From: an uncultured Victivallales bacterium | Lineage (GTDB): Bacteria > Verrucomicrobiota > Lentisphaeria > Victivallales > UBA1829 | Length of the DNA stretch: 64,000 nucleotides | NCBI GenBank assembly: GCA_944391115.1 | Contig: CALXSJ010000018.1 | Coordinates: 4,803-68,802, forward strand | Direction: 5' to 3' | Part shown: positions 55,249 to 64,000 of the stretch, piece by piece | Numbering within the stretch: the first letter of the stretch is position 1 | How the letters are laid out: each line of letters opens with the position of its first letter | Notes under the pieces: model-generated | What the model saw: only the letters and a program-made list of their open reading frames with translations | Database searches by the model: none | What the model was told of the DNA's origin: nothing | Position numbers and translations under genes: made by a program

Positions 55249-58200
55249 ATGACACTGCGGAATCTTTTTCTATTTGCAACTCTCATACTGGCATTTTCCT
55301 GCCAGGCGCAGAATCTGCTGGAAAACCCGGATTTTATTCCCTCCGTCTACGGGAAATGCCAAAGCGGCGCACGCGGCTGGCTTTTTTACGACTGGACCAG
55401 ACGCAAAGAGGTTGGAAACGAAAAAAATCCGTATCACTCCGGATTTGACGTCTACCGCTTTGAATTCGGTAAAAAGTCCTTCCGGATGGACTTCAGGAAA
55501 GACGGTCCTTATCCGGAAACACGCATCACGCTGGAAGAAAATGCCACGCTGTTTCTGCCACCGGCACCGTCTTTCCGGCTTGCCGGGGAATTTTTGAGCA
55601 ATGCCGCGCCTCTGGAGGTTTCCATCGGAGGAGTCAGGCGTACTTTTCCCGCCGCTCCGGGGTGGCGGAAGCTGGACATGGACATTCTCCCGAAAACCTT
55701 TCTCACGGCGCCTCTGCGGTTTTCCGGTTCTTTTCCCAGGGGGAGTTCCTTCGGTCTCCGGGATCTCTCCCTGACAGCGGCATATCCGGCATCCGACGGC
55801 AGGATCTTTCTCCCCGGCGGACAAACGGAACTTTCCAGAATCCTCATTCCGCCGAAGGCTTCCTGCAAGGAGAAAAGAGCCGCGTTGCTGTGGCAGGGAT
55901 ATCTCTGGAGATTTTCGGGAAAAGTTCTGAAAATCGTCTCATCCGGGACGAAACAGCCCGGCAGTCTGGTGCTTGCGGCTTCACCGGAAAAAGAACTGAC
56001 GGAGGGAGCTTATCGAATCCGGGTCACTCCCGAACTGTTCTGTGTCGAAGTCCGGAATTCCGATGCGCACTTTCCCGCGCTCTGCAATTTCATCCGGACG
56101 CTGGGCTTCAGACTCTTCTCCTCGGACTGCATTCAGTGGCCAGAGAAACAGCAAAAACTTGTTTTGAAAGCGTATTCCAAAACCTTCACTCCGAAATTCG
56201 GCGTCGTTTATCACACCAGTCCGAACAAGAACTGCGGCGTGACGACGATTTTCAACGGAGGAATTCCGCGTCAGTATTACAGGGCGATGCCCGACGACTG
56301 GTATGAAACAACCCACCCGCTGAGTTTCCACAATGCGCCTTTTCTCCTCCCTTACAGCCGATACGGGAAAACGAATCCGGAATTTTATCCGATGGATCAG
56401 TTCGGGAAACGGATTTTCTCCCGCAGATATCCGCAGCTGTGCTATGGAAACAAGAAGTCCCCTGCAATCATCGCCGAAAGATTTGCAGCCTGGGTCGCAA
56501 ACAATCCGGAATACACGGATTTTTATTTTGAACAGAACGACGGCGTGGAGGTCTGTCTCTGTCCCGAGTGCAGAAAGCATCGTGTCGGCACATCCAATTC
56601 GGACAACACCATCCTCATGCTGAATGAAATTGCGAAGCGAGTGGCGCCGACCCATGTTTCCACCCTGGCATATACCCGGCTGACGGAACAGCCGCCGGTC
56701 AATCATAAACCGGAGAAGAATGTCGACATTCTCTACTGCACGTGGCCGTCCGACTGGAAATGCGCCATTCATCCTGACTGCGAGCTGAACCGGGGAGCCC
56801 TGGAACATCTCCGGGGCTGGGCAAAGGCGCTTGACAATGACCGTTCCCGTCTGAGCGGATACATCTATGACGAGGCGGTCTCCATGCTCGGGATCAGAAA
56901 GGCGGAGCAGATCAACCGCTTCGGCAGGAAAAGCCTTTTCCTCTGCATCAACAGCGATATGCTCTCTTATATGATAAACCGCTGGAACTGGGGCGAAGAT
57001 CCGGATCAGGCCCGCACGGAATTCATCCATGCCGTATACGGAAAGGCCGCTCCGGAAATTCTGAAGTATGAAAAGAAGCTGGAAGAAACCGCAGGCCGAT
57101 ATCGGCATGACAAACGGGACATCCAGGCGGGATCCGCAAGCCTGTTCCCCTATCTTTTCCGTCCGGAGAGTCCATTGTCCGCCGCCGGCTTTGAAACGCT
57201 CCGCGGGATCCTCGACCATGCTCTCCGGCTCGAGTCCGACGATTCTTATGCCAGACTCCGCATTCTGGAAATGAAAAGGATGCTTCTGGCTCAGGACATT
57301 GCAAAATTTCCGCGCTCCTCCTGCCGGACAAAAGGCGATCTTGAAAAGTTCGCGGAAAAAATGAAGGAGCTGATCGGCACGGCTTCCGCCATCGCGGAAA
57401 GCAAACTGCCGCAGGCGCGTGAATGGCCGTGGATGGAATGGAGACGCTCCTTCAACCATTATACCCCTCAGCGTTTCTTCTTCTCGTTCGCGGGACTTAA
57501 TCTCAGCACGCCAGCAGGACAGGACTGGACCCGGGATCCCGTCATTCTTGAATTCCGGAAAAATCCGGCGAGATTCCTGACGTTCATGCCGAAGAAACTC
57601 TACAACATCCATACCGGCTACTACGGTCCGCCGAAAGGATTCGAGTGGACGCCCCGGGAACTTATCGGCGGCGCCGGAGTCGCCAGCATCCGTTACCGCT
57701 GTCCGGCTAGAGACGCCATGCTTTTGCAGCGGAAAAGCTCTTCCCGCAATGTCACCAGCGCCGTTTTCAATCTTTCCAGACTTCCGCAGGCGGACAAAAT
57801 GCTTCTGGAAATAACCGGACAGGATGATGACAAACCCGGACGCGCGCTCTGGAGCATCAAGGTCAACGGAAAAACCGCACTGACAGGAAAAAATCCGTTT
57901 GCGGAATGCGGATGGAGTTCCTTTGCGTTCAAGTTTCCATCTTCCTGCCTGAAAAAGGGAGAGAATACCATCACGATAACCAACCTGACGCCGGATCCGG
58001 AAACTTCGCATAGAAAAGATGAAAATGTGTATGACTCCAACGGGACTTTCCTGGGCACCGCGGAAAACATGAATTACCAGCAGGGCTGGATTGCGGTCAG
58101 CAATATCAGGATTTGTGAATCTCCGGATCATCAGAAGAACGTTGAAAAACAGCTGAAAAATCCTCTCCGGATCAAAAAATACGCCTATGTCGGATTTCCC

Positions 58201-58749
58201 GTAATGGTCTATCCCGGGAAAAAATACCGGATTGCAGGAGAAACCCGGAGCGCGGACGGAGAACTGCGGCTTTGCATGTATTCTCTCGACAGCGCAGGAA
58301 AGGGACTGTCCTATGCCAGAAGCTGCTGGATTCCCGGATCCGAAACGGTTCTGGCGCGTCCCTGTAAAGCCGGCGATAGCATTCTTTTCGTGAAAGACGC
58401 TTCGAGATGGAAAAAAGGGAATTTTGCCGCGGCTTTCAATCTTTCCAGCCCCCCGGCGCTCAATACATCTCCTGCAATCAAGGAGATCAGACAATGTGAA
58501 AAAAACTGGGAAATTGAACTTCATAAGCCCGTAACGGAAGCATATCCGGAAGGAATGAGCGCAGCCTGCGGCATCATACAGGCGAGCCGGATAGAAAAGA
58601 AGATTCAAAGCACCAGGGATTTCACGCCGTTTTCCATTGAGATCGCAGCCGAAGAATTCACACGCAGACAGCCGGGAATCTGTTTTTTCAATCTGCAGTT
58701 TGCCGGTGAGGAATTTGCGCTCCGGAATATCGACATAACCGTCAAATAA
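55249..58749 (+). CDS. Large secreted DUF4838-like multidomain protein
   Basis: Signal peptide + NLLENPDF, PEFYP, QLCY, QNDGVEVCLCPEC, STLAY; AGGAG RBS before ATG 55249. Confidence 0.7.
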   Translation: MTLRNLFLFATLILAFSCQAQNLLENPDFIPSVYGKCQSGARGWLFYDWTRRKEVGNEKNPYHSGFDVYRFEFGKKSFRMDFRKDGPYPETRITLEENATLFLPPAPSFRLAGEFLSNAAPLEVSIGGVRRTFPAAPGWRKLDMDILPKTFLTAPLRFSGSFPRGSSFGLRDLSLTAAYPASDGRIFLPGGQTELSRILIPPKASCKEKRAALLWQGYLWRFSGKVLKIVSSGTKQPGSLVLAASPEKELTEGAYRIRVTPELFCVEVRNSDAHFPALCNFIRTLGFRLFSSDCIQWPEKQQKLVLKAYSKTFTPKFGVVYHTSPNKNCGVTTIFNGGIPRQYYRAMPDDWYETTHPLSFHNAPFLLPYSRYGKTNPEFYPMDQFGKRIFSRRYPQLCYGNKKSPAIIAERFAAWVANNPEYTDFYFEQNDGVEVCLCPECRKHRVGTSNSDNTILMLNEIAKRVAPTHVSTLAYTRLTEQPPVNHKPEKNVDILYCTWPSDWKCAIHPDCELNRGALEHLRGWAKALDNDRSRLSGYIYDEAVSMLGIRKAEQINRFGRKSLFLCINSDMLSYMINRWNWGEDPDQARTEFIHAVYGKAAPEILKYEKKLEETAGRYRHDKRDIQAGSASLFPYLFRPESPLSAAGFETLRGILDHALRLESDDSYARLRILEMKRMLLAQDIAKFPRSSCRTKGDLEKFAEKMKELIGTASAIAESKLPQAREWPWMEWRRSFNHYTPQRFFFSFAGLNLSTPAGQDWTRDPVILEFRKNPARFLTFMPKKLYNIHTGYYGPPKGFEWTPRELIGGAGVASIRYRCPARDAMLLQRKSSSRNVTSAVFNLSRLPQADKMLLEITGQDDDKPGRALWSIKVNGKTALTGKNPFAECGWSSFAFKFPSSCLKKGENTITITNLTPDPETSHRKDENVYDSNGTFLGTAENMNYQQGWIAVSNIRICESPDHQKNVEKQLKNPLRIKKYAYVGFPVMVYPGKKYRIAGETRSADGELRLCMYSLDSAGKGLSYARSCWIPGSETVLARPCKAGDSILFVKDASRWKKGNFAAAFNLSSPPALNTSPAIKEIRQCEKNWEIELHKPVTEAYPEGMSAACGIIQASRIEKKIQSTRDFTPFSIEIAAEEFTRRQPGICFFNLQFAGEEFALRNIDITVK

Positions 58750-58894
58750 ATTACCGCGATGCAAGCATGCGCGGTATTGGGGATTTCGCCTCCGGCGACC
58801 AGCTTACGCAGCTGGACCGCGGCAGGACTGAGAGTCCTGCACGAAGCAATTTTTGGCGATGCAGAGCATCGCGGTATCAACCTAAATTTTTTTG
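58747..58894 (+). repeat. Multi-hairpin dispersed repeat, copy 3 (148 bp)
   Basis: Two substitutions relative to 18433-18580; begins on the TAA stop of the upstream gene. Confidence 0.9.
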
Positions 58895-58993
58895 AAATGA
58901 ACCGGAAGCGGGAAATCCCCTCAAATGCAATGGATCAGACGGGCACGGAAAATCTGAGTCCGCAAAGAAAAAAGAGGAAAAACAGGAGAAGGC

Positions 58994-61201
58994 ATGCATC
59001 AGTTTTCACTGGCGGACGGGAACCTGCTTCTGAGCATGGAAGCGTGGAATCCGGCCATTCTGCATATCCGCCTGGCGCCGCCGGAACGGAACTCCCGGGA
59101 GAGCGCCCTGGATCGTTACGAGTATCTGGAAAAGCCTCCGGGCGATCCTGAAGCCGTCTGTCTGGAAGACGGAAGCAGCGTCACGCTGAAAACGGCAGGG
59201 GGAACCGCAAAAATAGACCGCAGATCCGGCTGCATCACCATGCATAATGCCGCGGGAGATCTGCTGGTCAGGCAGCTCGCCGCAGATTTTACAGGTTCCG
59301 GCGCTGCTGCGGCATTTGCGGCGGACGCAGAAGAAGACTGGGTCGGCTTCGGCGATGTCTCGCGAAGCCGCCTGTTTCACCGGGGGCATAAGGTATCCTG
59401 CTTCCTGACCAACGTCAAATCTTATATTGCCGTTCCGTTTTTCATGTCCACGCGTGGTTACGGGATGCTGATAAATTCCACGTTTCAAAGCGATTTCGAC
59501 ATGGCCGCCGCCAATCCTGAACAGTATTCCTTCCGCGAAGGGAGCGGCGTGCTGGACCTCTTTCTTTTTATCGGGAGCAGTTTCAAGGAAATCCTTTCGC
59601 TTTACACCCAAGTGACCGGACGCCCTAAATTGCCTCCGGTATGGAGTTTCGGGCTCTGGCACATCTGCAATAATATTGTCAACGCCCGCGATACGGTCGA
59701 AGAAGGTCATCACTACCGGGCGGAAAAAATCCCCTGCGACGTCATCGGACTGGAGCCGGGCTGGATGGCGGAAAATTATGACTTCTCCACCAGAAAAAAA
59801 TGGCATCCGCAGCGTTTCCCGCTGATGATGGATTCCTTCAAGTTCCGGAAGCGCACGTTCATCGACGCCTTGAAATACGGGATGGGATTTCATTTTGAAC
59901 TCTGGCTGTGCGAGGATTATGATCTCACCTATGAAGAAGAACGCCGTCAGAAGCGCTGTCTGCCGCACAGGGAGGAAGAGATCATGCGCGACGAGGAAGA
60001 ATTCGACGAACATCTTGTCGGGGTGCATCGAATGGATCCGGTCACAAATCCGGAGGAAGCCTGGTTTGAACATCTCAAGAGCTTTGTCGACTGGGGAGCG
60101 GACTTTTTCAAACTGGATGCCGCCAACCAGGTCCTTCCTCACCCGGATCGTCTTTACGGCAACGGCATGACCGACGCGGAATGTCACAACTTCTATCCGC
60201 TCATGCTGATCCGTCAGATGTGGGAAGGCTTTGCCGGATATGCCGGACGCCGTCCCCTTGTCTTCACCCCATGCGGCTGGACCTCTTTCCAGCGCTGGGC
60301 TGCAACATGGACCGGCGATACGGGCGGCCGGGCGGATACTCTCGCCGGCATGCTCAATACCGCTCTGATCGGTCACGGACTCACCACCAATGACATGACG
60401 TCCAATGAAAAGGAGGGAATCCATTTCGGATACCTTCTGCCGCTGAGCCAGATCAACAATTATTCCTCCTGCAGAATGCCGTGGGTCTGGGGGGAGGAAA
60501 TCTGCGAACTGCACCGCCGCTACTCCTCGCTCCGTTCCCGGCTGATCCCCTATCTTTATTCCTGCATGCGGGAATCGACTCTTACCGGAATGCCGCTCAT
60601 CATGCCGCTGGTTCTGGAATTTCAGGAGGATCCCCGGTGCAGAAGCATCCTTCATGAATATCTGCTCGGCCCCTGGCTCCTGGTTTCCATCTATCGGAAG
60701 GAGACATACTTTCCATGCGGACGCTGGAAGGATTTCTGGACCGGAAAAGTTTATTCCGGAAATACGGAAGAAACTATTTCCCCGCCCGCGGACCGGGGAG
60801 GCGGTCTCTTTCTCCGCGAGGGTGCGATCGTTCCCTTCGGTCCGGTCATGCAGTACCGCGGAGAACGGCCTGTCGACGAAGTGGAGCTTTACCTTTTTCC
60901 GGGGGAAAAGAGAAGTTTTTTTGAATATTATGAAGACGACGGCGTCACGTTCCGATATCTGGACGGAGAATATGCCGTTACGGGAATCGCCCTGGAAGAT
61001 CAGGGGGCTCAAACAGTGTTGGAACTCCGGACAAGAGGAAAATCCGCAGTCAGAAAGTGGTCTGTCGTCATGGCGTGCGATCACGCTCCGGGAAGAATCC
61101 GGTGCAATGGAGCCGCACTGGACTTTTCTTTCGATGAAGTACGCAAGGAACTCAAAATGGTCCTGCCGGGGCCGGGAAAAACGGAAGTGATCTTTTCTTG
61201 A
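58994..61201 (+). CDS. GH31 glycoside hydrolase (alpha-xylosidase/glucosidase-like)
   Basis: VPFFMS, TGRPKLPPVWSFG, IPCDVI, FFKLD, WTGD, LIPYLYS, YEDDG. Confidence 0.88.
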   Translation: MHQFSLADGNLLLSMEAWNPAILHIRLAPPERNSRESALDRYEYLEKPPGDPEAVCLEDGSSVTLKTAGGTAKIDRRSGCITMHNAAGDLLVRQLAADFTGSGAAAAFAADAEEDWVGFGDVSRSRLFHRGHKVSCFLTNVKSYIAVPFFMSTRGYGMLINSTFQSDFDMAAANPEQYSFREGSGVLDLFLFIGSSFKEILSLYTQVTGRPKLPPVWSFGLWHICNNIVNARDTVEEGHHYRAEKIPCDVIGLEPGWMAENYDFSTRKKWHPQRFPLMMDSFKFRKRTFIDALKYGMGFHFELWLCEDYDLTYEEERRQKRCLPHREEEIMRDEEEFDEHLVGVHRMDPVTNPEEAWFEHLKSFVDWGADFFKLDAANQVLPHPDRLYGNGMTDAECHNFYPLMLIRQMWEGFAGYAGRRPLVFTPCGWTSFQRWAATWTGDTGGRADTLAGMLNTALIGHGLTTNDMTSNEKEGIHFGYLLPLSQINNYSSCRMPWVWGEEICELHRRYSSLRSRLIPYLYSCMRESTLTGMPLIMPLVLEFQEDPRCRSILHEYLLGPWLLVSIYRKETYFPCGRWKDFWTGKVYSGNTEETISPPADRGGGLFLREGAIVPFGPVMQYRGERPVDEVELYLFPGEKRSFFEYYEDDGVTFRYLDGEYAVTGIALEDQGAQTVLELRTRGKSAVRKWSVVMACDHAPGRIRCNGAALDFSFDEVRKELKMVLPGPGKTEVIFS

Positions 61202-61223
61202 TTTTCACATAAGGATTTTCAGA

Positions 61224-62366
61224 ATGGACAAAACCTATCGGCATCTTGAAAAACGGATTTCCCCCGCTGACGCGCACTGTTTCTTCGGATACTTTGACAA
61301 GTGTCCCTGGAACTCCCGCGGAGAACATCCGGGGCATCGAGTGGCCTTTGCCGGAAGACAGCCCCGTTTCGGGGAGGCGGCCGAGGTGGGCATCGTGCAT
61401 GACGGAAAATTTGAAAAACGCGGCGAAACCCGCGCATGGTGCTGGCAGCAGGGAGCCATGCTGCAATGGTTCAATGATGAGATTCTGATCTGGAATGATG
61501 TGGAGGGGGATCATCATGTGGCGCGTCTCTCGAACGGCACGGTGTTCAGGCGCCCGGTCTATACCCTTTCCGCAGACCGGCATTATGCTCTTTCGCTGAA
61601 TTTTTCGCGCCTGGATACGGAACGCCCCGGTTATGGTTATCCCGGAATTCCGGATATGTCGCAGGAATATGCCTATCCGGATTTTGACGGAATTACTCTC
61701 ATGGATCTGCAAAGCGGCAGAAACACCCTGATCGTTTCGCTTGACAGACTTGTTCACGAGTTTCCGGCATACGGCTGCGAACTCGGAGTCAACTGGGTCA
61801 ATCATCTTCTTTTCAGCCCGGACGGGAAGCGCATCTCATTCATTCACCGCTGGCGCAGATTCAATCCGGCGAATCACGGAGCGAGATATTATGAAACACG
61901 GCTCTTCACCGCAAACAGGGACGGTTCGGATCTGTGGATGCTCCCGGTTGATTTCCATGCTTCCCACTACACCTGGTTTTCCCCGGATAAAATGATTGTC
62001 TTTTCCCGTCTGCCAAACGGCGGCAACCAGTATCGCATTTACACGGTCGGAAACAATTGCCCTGAAATTTTCGCCCCGGGCAGACTTCCCCCCGATGGTC
62101 ACTGCTCCTTTTCCCCTGACGGGAAGCTGCTTCTGACGGATTCCTATCCGAATGAAAAGAATATCCGGGAGCTGGTGCTCTACAACCCGGCCAGAGACAT
62201 CCGTTATTCCCTCGGACGTTATGATTCGCCCCCTGTTCTTCCGCCGGCCCGTTGCGATTTGCATCCACGCTGGTCCGCGGACGGACGAAAGATTTCCTTT
62301 GACTCGTTCCATGAAAAATTCCGCGGGATATACACCATTGACCTTCCGGAAGAAATTCTGACGTGA
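61224..62366 (+). CDS. TolB-like beta-propeller protein (possibly oligogalacturonate lyase-like)
   Basis: Repeated FSPDGK / HCSFSPDG / HPRWSADG blades; FFGYFD and WQQG motifs. Confidence 0.6.
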   Translation: MDKTYRHLEKRISPADAHCFFGYFDKCPWNSRGEHPGHRVAFAGRQPRFGEAAEVGIVHDGKFEKRGETRAWCWQQGAMLQWFNDEILIWNDVEGDHHVARLSNGTVFRRPVYTLSADRHYALSLNFSRLDTERPGYGYPGIPDMSQEYAYPDFDGITLMDLQSGRNTLIVSLDRLVHEFPAYGCELGVNWVNHLLFSPDGKRISFIHRWRRFNPANHGARYYETRLFTANRDGSDLWMLPVDFHASHYTWFSPDKMIVFSRLPNGGNQYRIYTVGNNCPEIFAPGRLPPDGHCSFSPDGKLLLTDSYPNEKNIRELVLYNPARDIRYSLGRYDSPPVLPPARCDLHPRWSADGRKISFDSFHEKFRGIYTIDLPEEILT

Positions 62367-62554
62367 ACAAAACGGCATGATGAATGTTGTCTGCCACCGG
62401 AAAACCCGAGAAATCCCGCCTGTTGCACCTCCGGATTCCCGGCTGGTCTGACAAATTCAGACTTTGCGGCGGACCATGAGAATCAAAATGGGCGATAATA
62501 CGATATGAGGGGGGGTGAAATGCCGATTTCCCATACCGTTTCCTTCCCGATTTT

Positions 62555-63721
62555 TCATGGCCGGGCGGAGGAGGAATCTTTCACGAGAACCGACTGAATT
62601 TCATCCGCAATCCGGGAGCCGATTTCCTGGTAATGCTCCGGAGTCAAAGTTCTTCCCCCCGCTTCAAAGTAACTGGTTTCAAAACTGGCGTACGGAACCG
62701 GAACCGTCCAGAGACAAAAATCCGAAAGGCTTGCGAAATTCCCCCAGGCGCTGAATTTTTGATATCCCCTCGCTTTAATGAACGGTGTTTGGGAATACGT
62801 GCCGAGAGCCGCACCGATCTGTTCAAGAATCTCCACCGTTCTCCGACTTGGAAAAGCTTTCTTTTCCTCATCGGAACAGTATGCGTAAACGCCGGTTTCC
62901 TCCGCTCCGGGGCTATGGAAATCCATTACAAACGATTGCTCCGGCAGGATGCGACTGTGCCATTCCCGGAGGTCCGCGCCGATTATTTTGGTTTCCCGGC
63001 GCATGTATTCGTAAGGTCCCCAGGCGCGGTTCATGTCATGCGGAAAGGAATCCTTTCCGTAGTCCCCGTTCGCGATGCCGTCCGGATCGACGAAAGGAAC
63101 GCACCAGACAGTGATTGCAGGCCTCCGTTCGGCAAAACGCCGCAGGATTCCATCGAGGACCCACGATCCGGAAACCTCTCCCGCGTGCTGACGTGCCAAA
63201 AGATAAAGACCTCTGTCCGGTTCTTCCTTTTTCCCGTAACGGTTGGAGAGACGGAGCATACGATGATCCGCCCCGGTCACACCGATTTCATCGACGTTCC
63301 AGTAGCTCCCCGTGTCACAGAGAAGCTTTTCAAGCTGCGCCTCTTCATACGGAAAGGAGAACGCCAAATCGAAAAACCTTCCCGGAGGCGGAGTTTCCAG
63401 CTCCCATTCAAGGTGAATCCGACTGTCCGGACCGACGATGCGTCGTCCGCGCGGAAGACGTTTCCAGTCACCGGAGCCGAAACGGATCACAGGCAGGAAA
63501 AGCCCTGCTCCTCCGCCGAGCATTCCCTGAATATTTTTCAGACGGACGATGGTTCGAACGGGAAGGACCTCGTTTTCCGGACATGCGATCCGGCAGAGGA
63601 ACCACATTGCGGCAATTCCCCTGTGCGGAGACGGGGTAAACTCGATTCGGCATTTCCCCCCCTCGACAGAACTTTCCGCCGCCGCATAATTTTCATTCGG
63701 CATGTGTTGAAAGGTCAGCAT
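62555..63721 (-). CDS. M14 family zinc carboxypeptidase-like protein
   Basis: ARQHAGE (HxxE), DPDG, DMNRAW, DFHS, FET. Confidence 0.8.
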   Translation of the reverse strand: MLTFQHMPNENYAAAESSVEGGKCRIEFTPSPHRGIAAMWFLCRIACPENEVLPVRTIVRLKNIQGMLGGGAGLFLPVIRFGSGDWKRLPRGRRIVGPDSRIHLEWELETPPPGRFFDLAFSFPYEEAQLEKLLCDTGSYWNVDEIGVTGADHRMLRLSNRYGKKEEPDRGLYLLARQHAGEVSGSWVLDGILRRFAERRPAITVWCVPFVDPDGIANGDYGKDSFPHDMNRAWGPYEYMRRETKIIGADLREWHSRILPEQSFVMDFHSPGAEETGVYAYCSDEEKKAFPSRRTVEILEQIGAALGTYSQTPFIKARGYQKFSAWGNFASLSDFCLWTVPVPYASFETSYFEAGGRTLTPEHYQEIGSRIADEIQSVLVKDSSSARP

Positions 63722-64000
63722 TCTGTCAGATAAAATTCCATTTCAGAAATCATGAACCATCCCCAGTAATAATTCCGGACGGCAAGAAAGGCGACTCCGC
63801 CGATCCCGTCTTTCTCCGTGTCAGGAGTGATGTTGACCAGCACAATTTCGTTCTCCCCCTTTTTCAGAACACCGGCCGGAATACGAAATGCCTGTTTTGT
63901 CCATTTCTCTTTTCCCCAGGGGACGTTTCCGGTAAAAATCTTTTTCCCATTTACGGAAATTTCCATCAGAGCGGACGCTTTTTTCTCGTTATCGATTCCG
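63715..64000 (-). CDS. C-terminal fragment of a large protein (partial)
   Basis: ISVNGK..W....FRIPAGVLKKGENEIVLVNITPD..GW resembles the internal IKVNGK...LKKGENTITITNLTPD..GW segment of 55249-58749. Confidence 0.65.
   Translation of the reverse strand, partial: GIDNEKKASALMEISVNGKKIFTGNVPWGKEKWTKQAFRIPAGVLKKGENEIVLVNITPDTEKDGIGGVAFLAVRNYYWGWFMISEMEFYLTEC

Noticed and set aside
1-64000. tRNA, rRNA, integrase or transposase genes
   Set aside because: None recognised in the intergenic regions or the ORF translations.

Overview
GC-rich bacterial window, probably from a Lentisphaerota/Victivallales-like PVC organism (inferred from five prepilin-type H-X9-DG proteins, DUF4838-like proteins and the AraC/glycosidase layout). 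Most of it is carbohydrate-utilisation loci: GH20, GH42, GH2, GH31, GH123-like, an SGNH esterase and DUF4838-like proteins, mostly led by pilin-like genes, with no TonB receptor or ABC permease. It includes a diverged tandem duplication of a three-gene cassette. Also present are a feoB tail, a tviB/tviC-like pair, a CsgG/COG3014/LpoB-like envelope operon and a 148-bp multi-hairpin repeat in three copies. The standout is a retron-type reverse transcriptase (50544-51599) with no neighbouring effector, whose predicted msr-msd RNA lies downstream of the gene. A sigma70 promoter sits in the last RT codons and a perfect 12-bp inverted repeat brackets the RNA. The candidate branching G is the G of the RT stop codon, and the predicted RT-DNA is Y-shaped with two GCA triloops. 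All family calls come from motif recognition by eye; no database searches were run.
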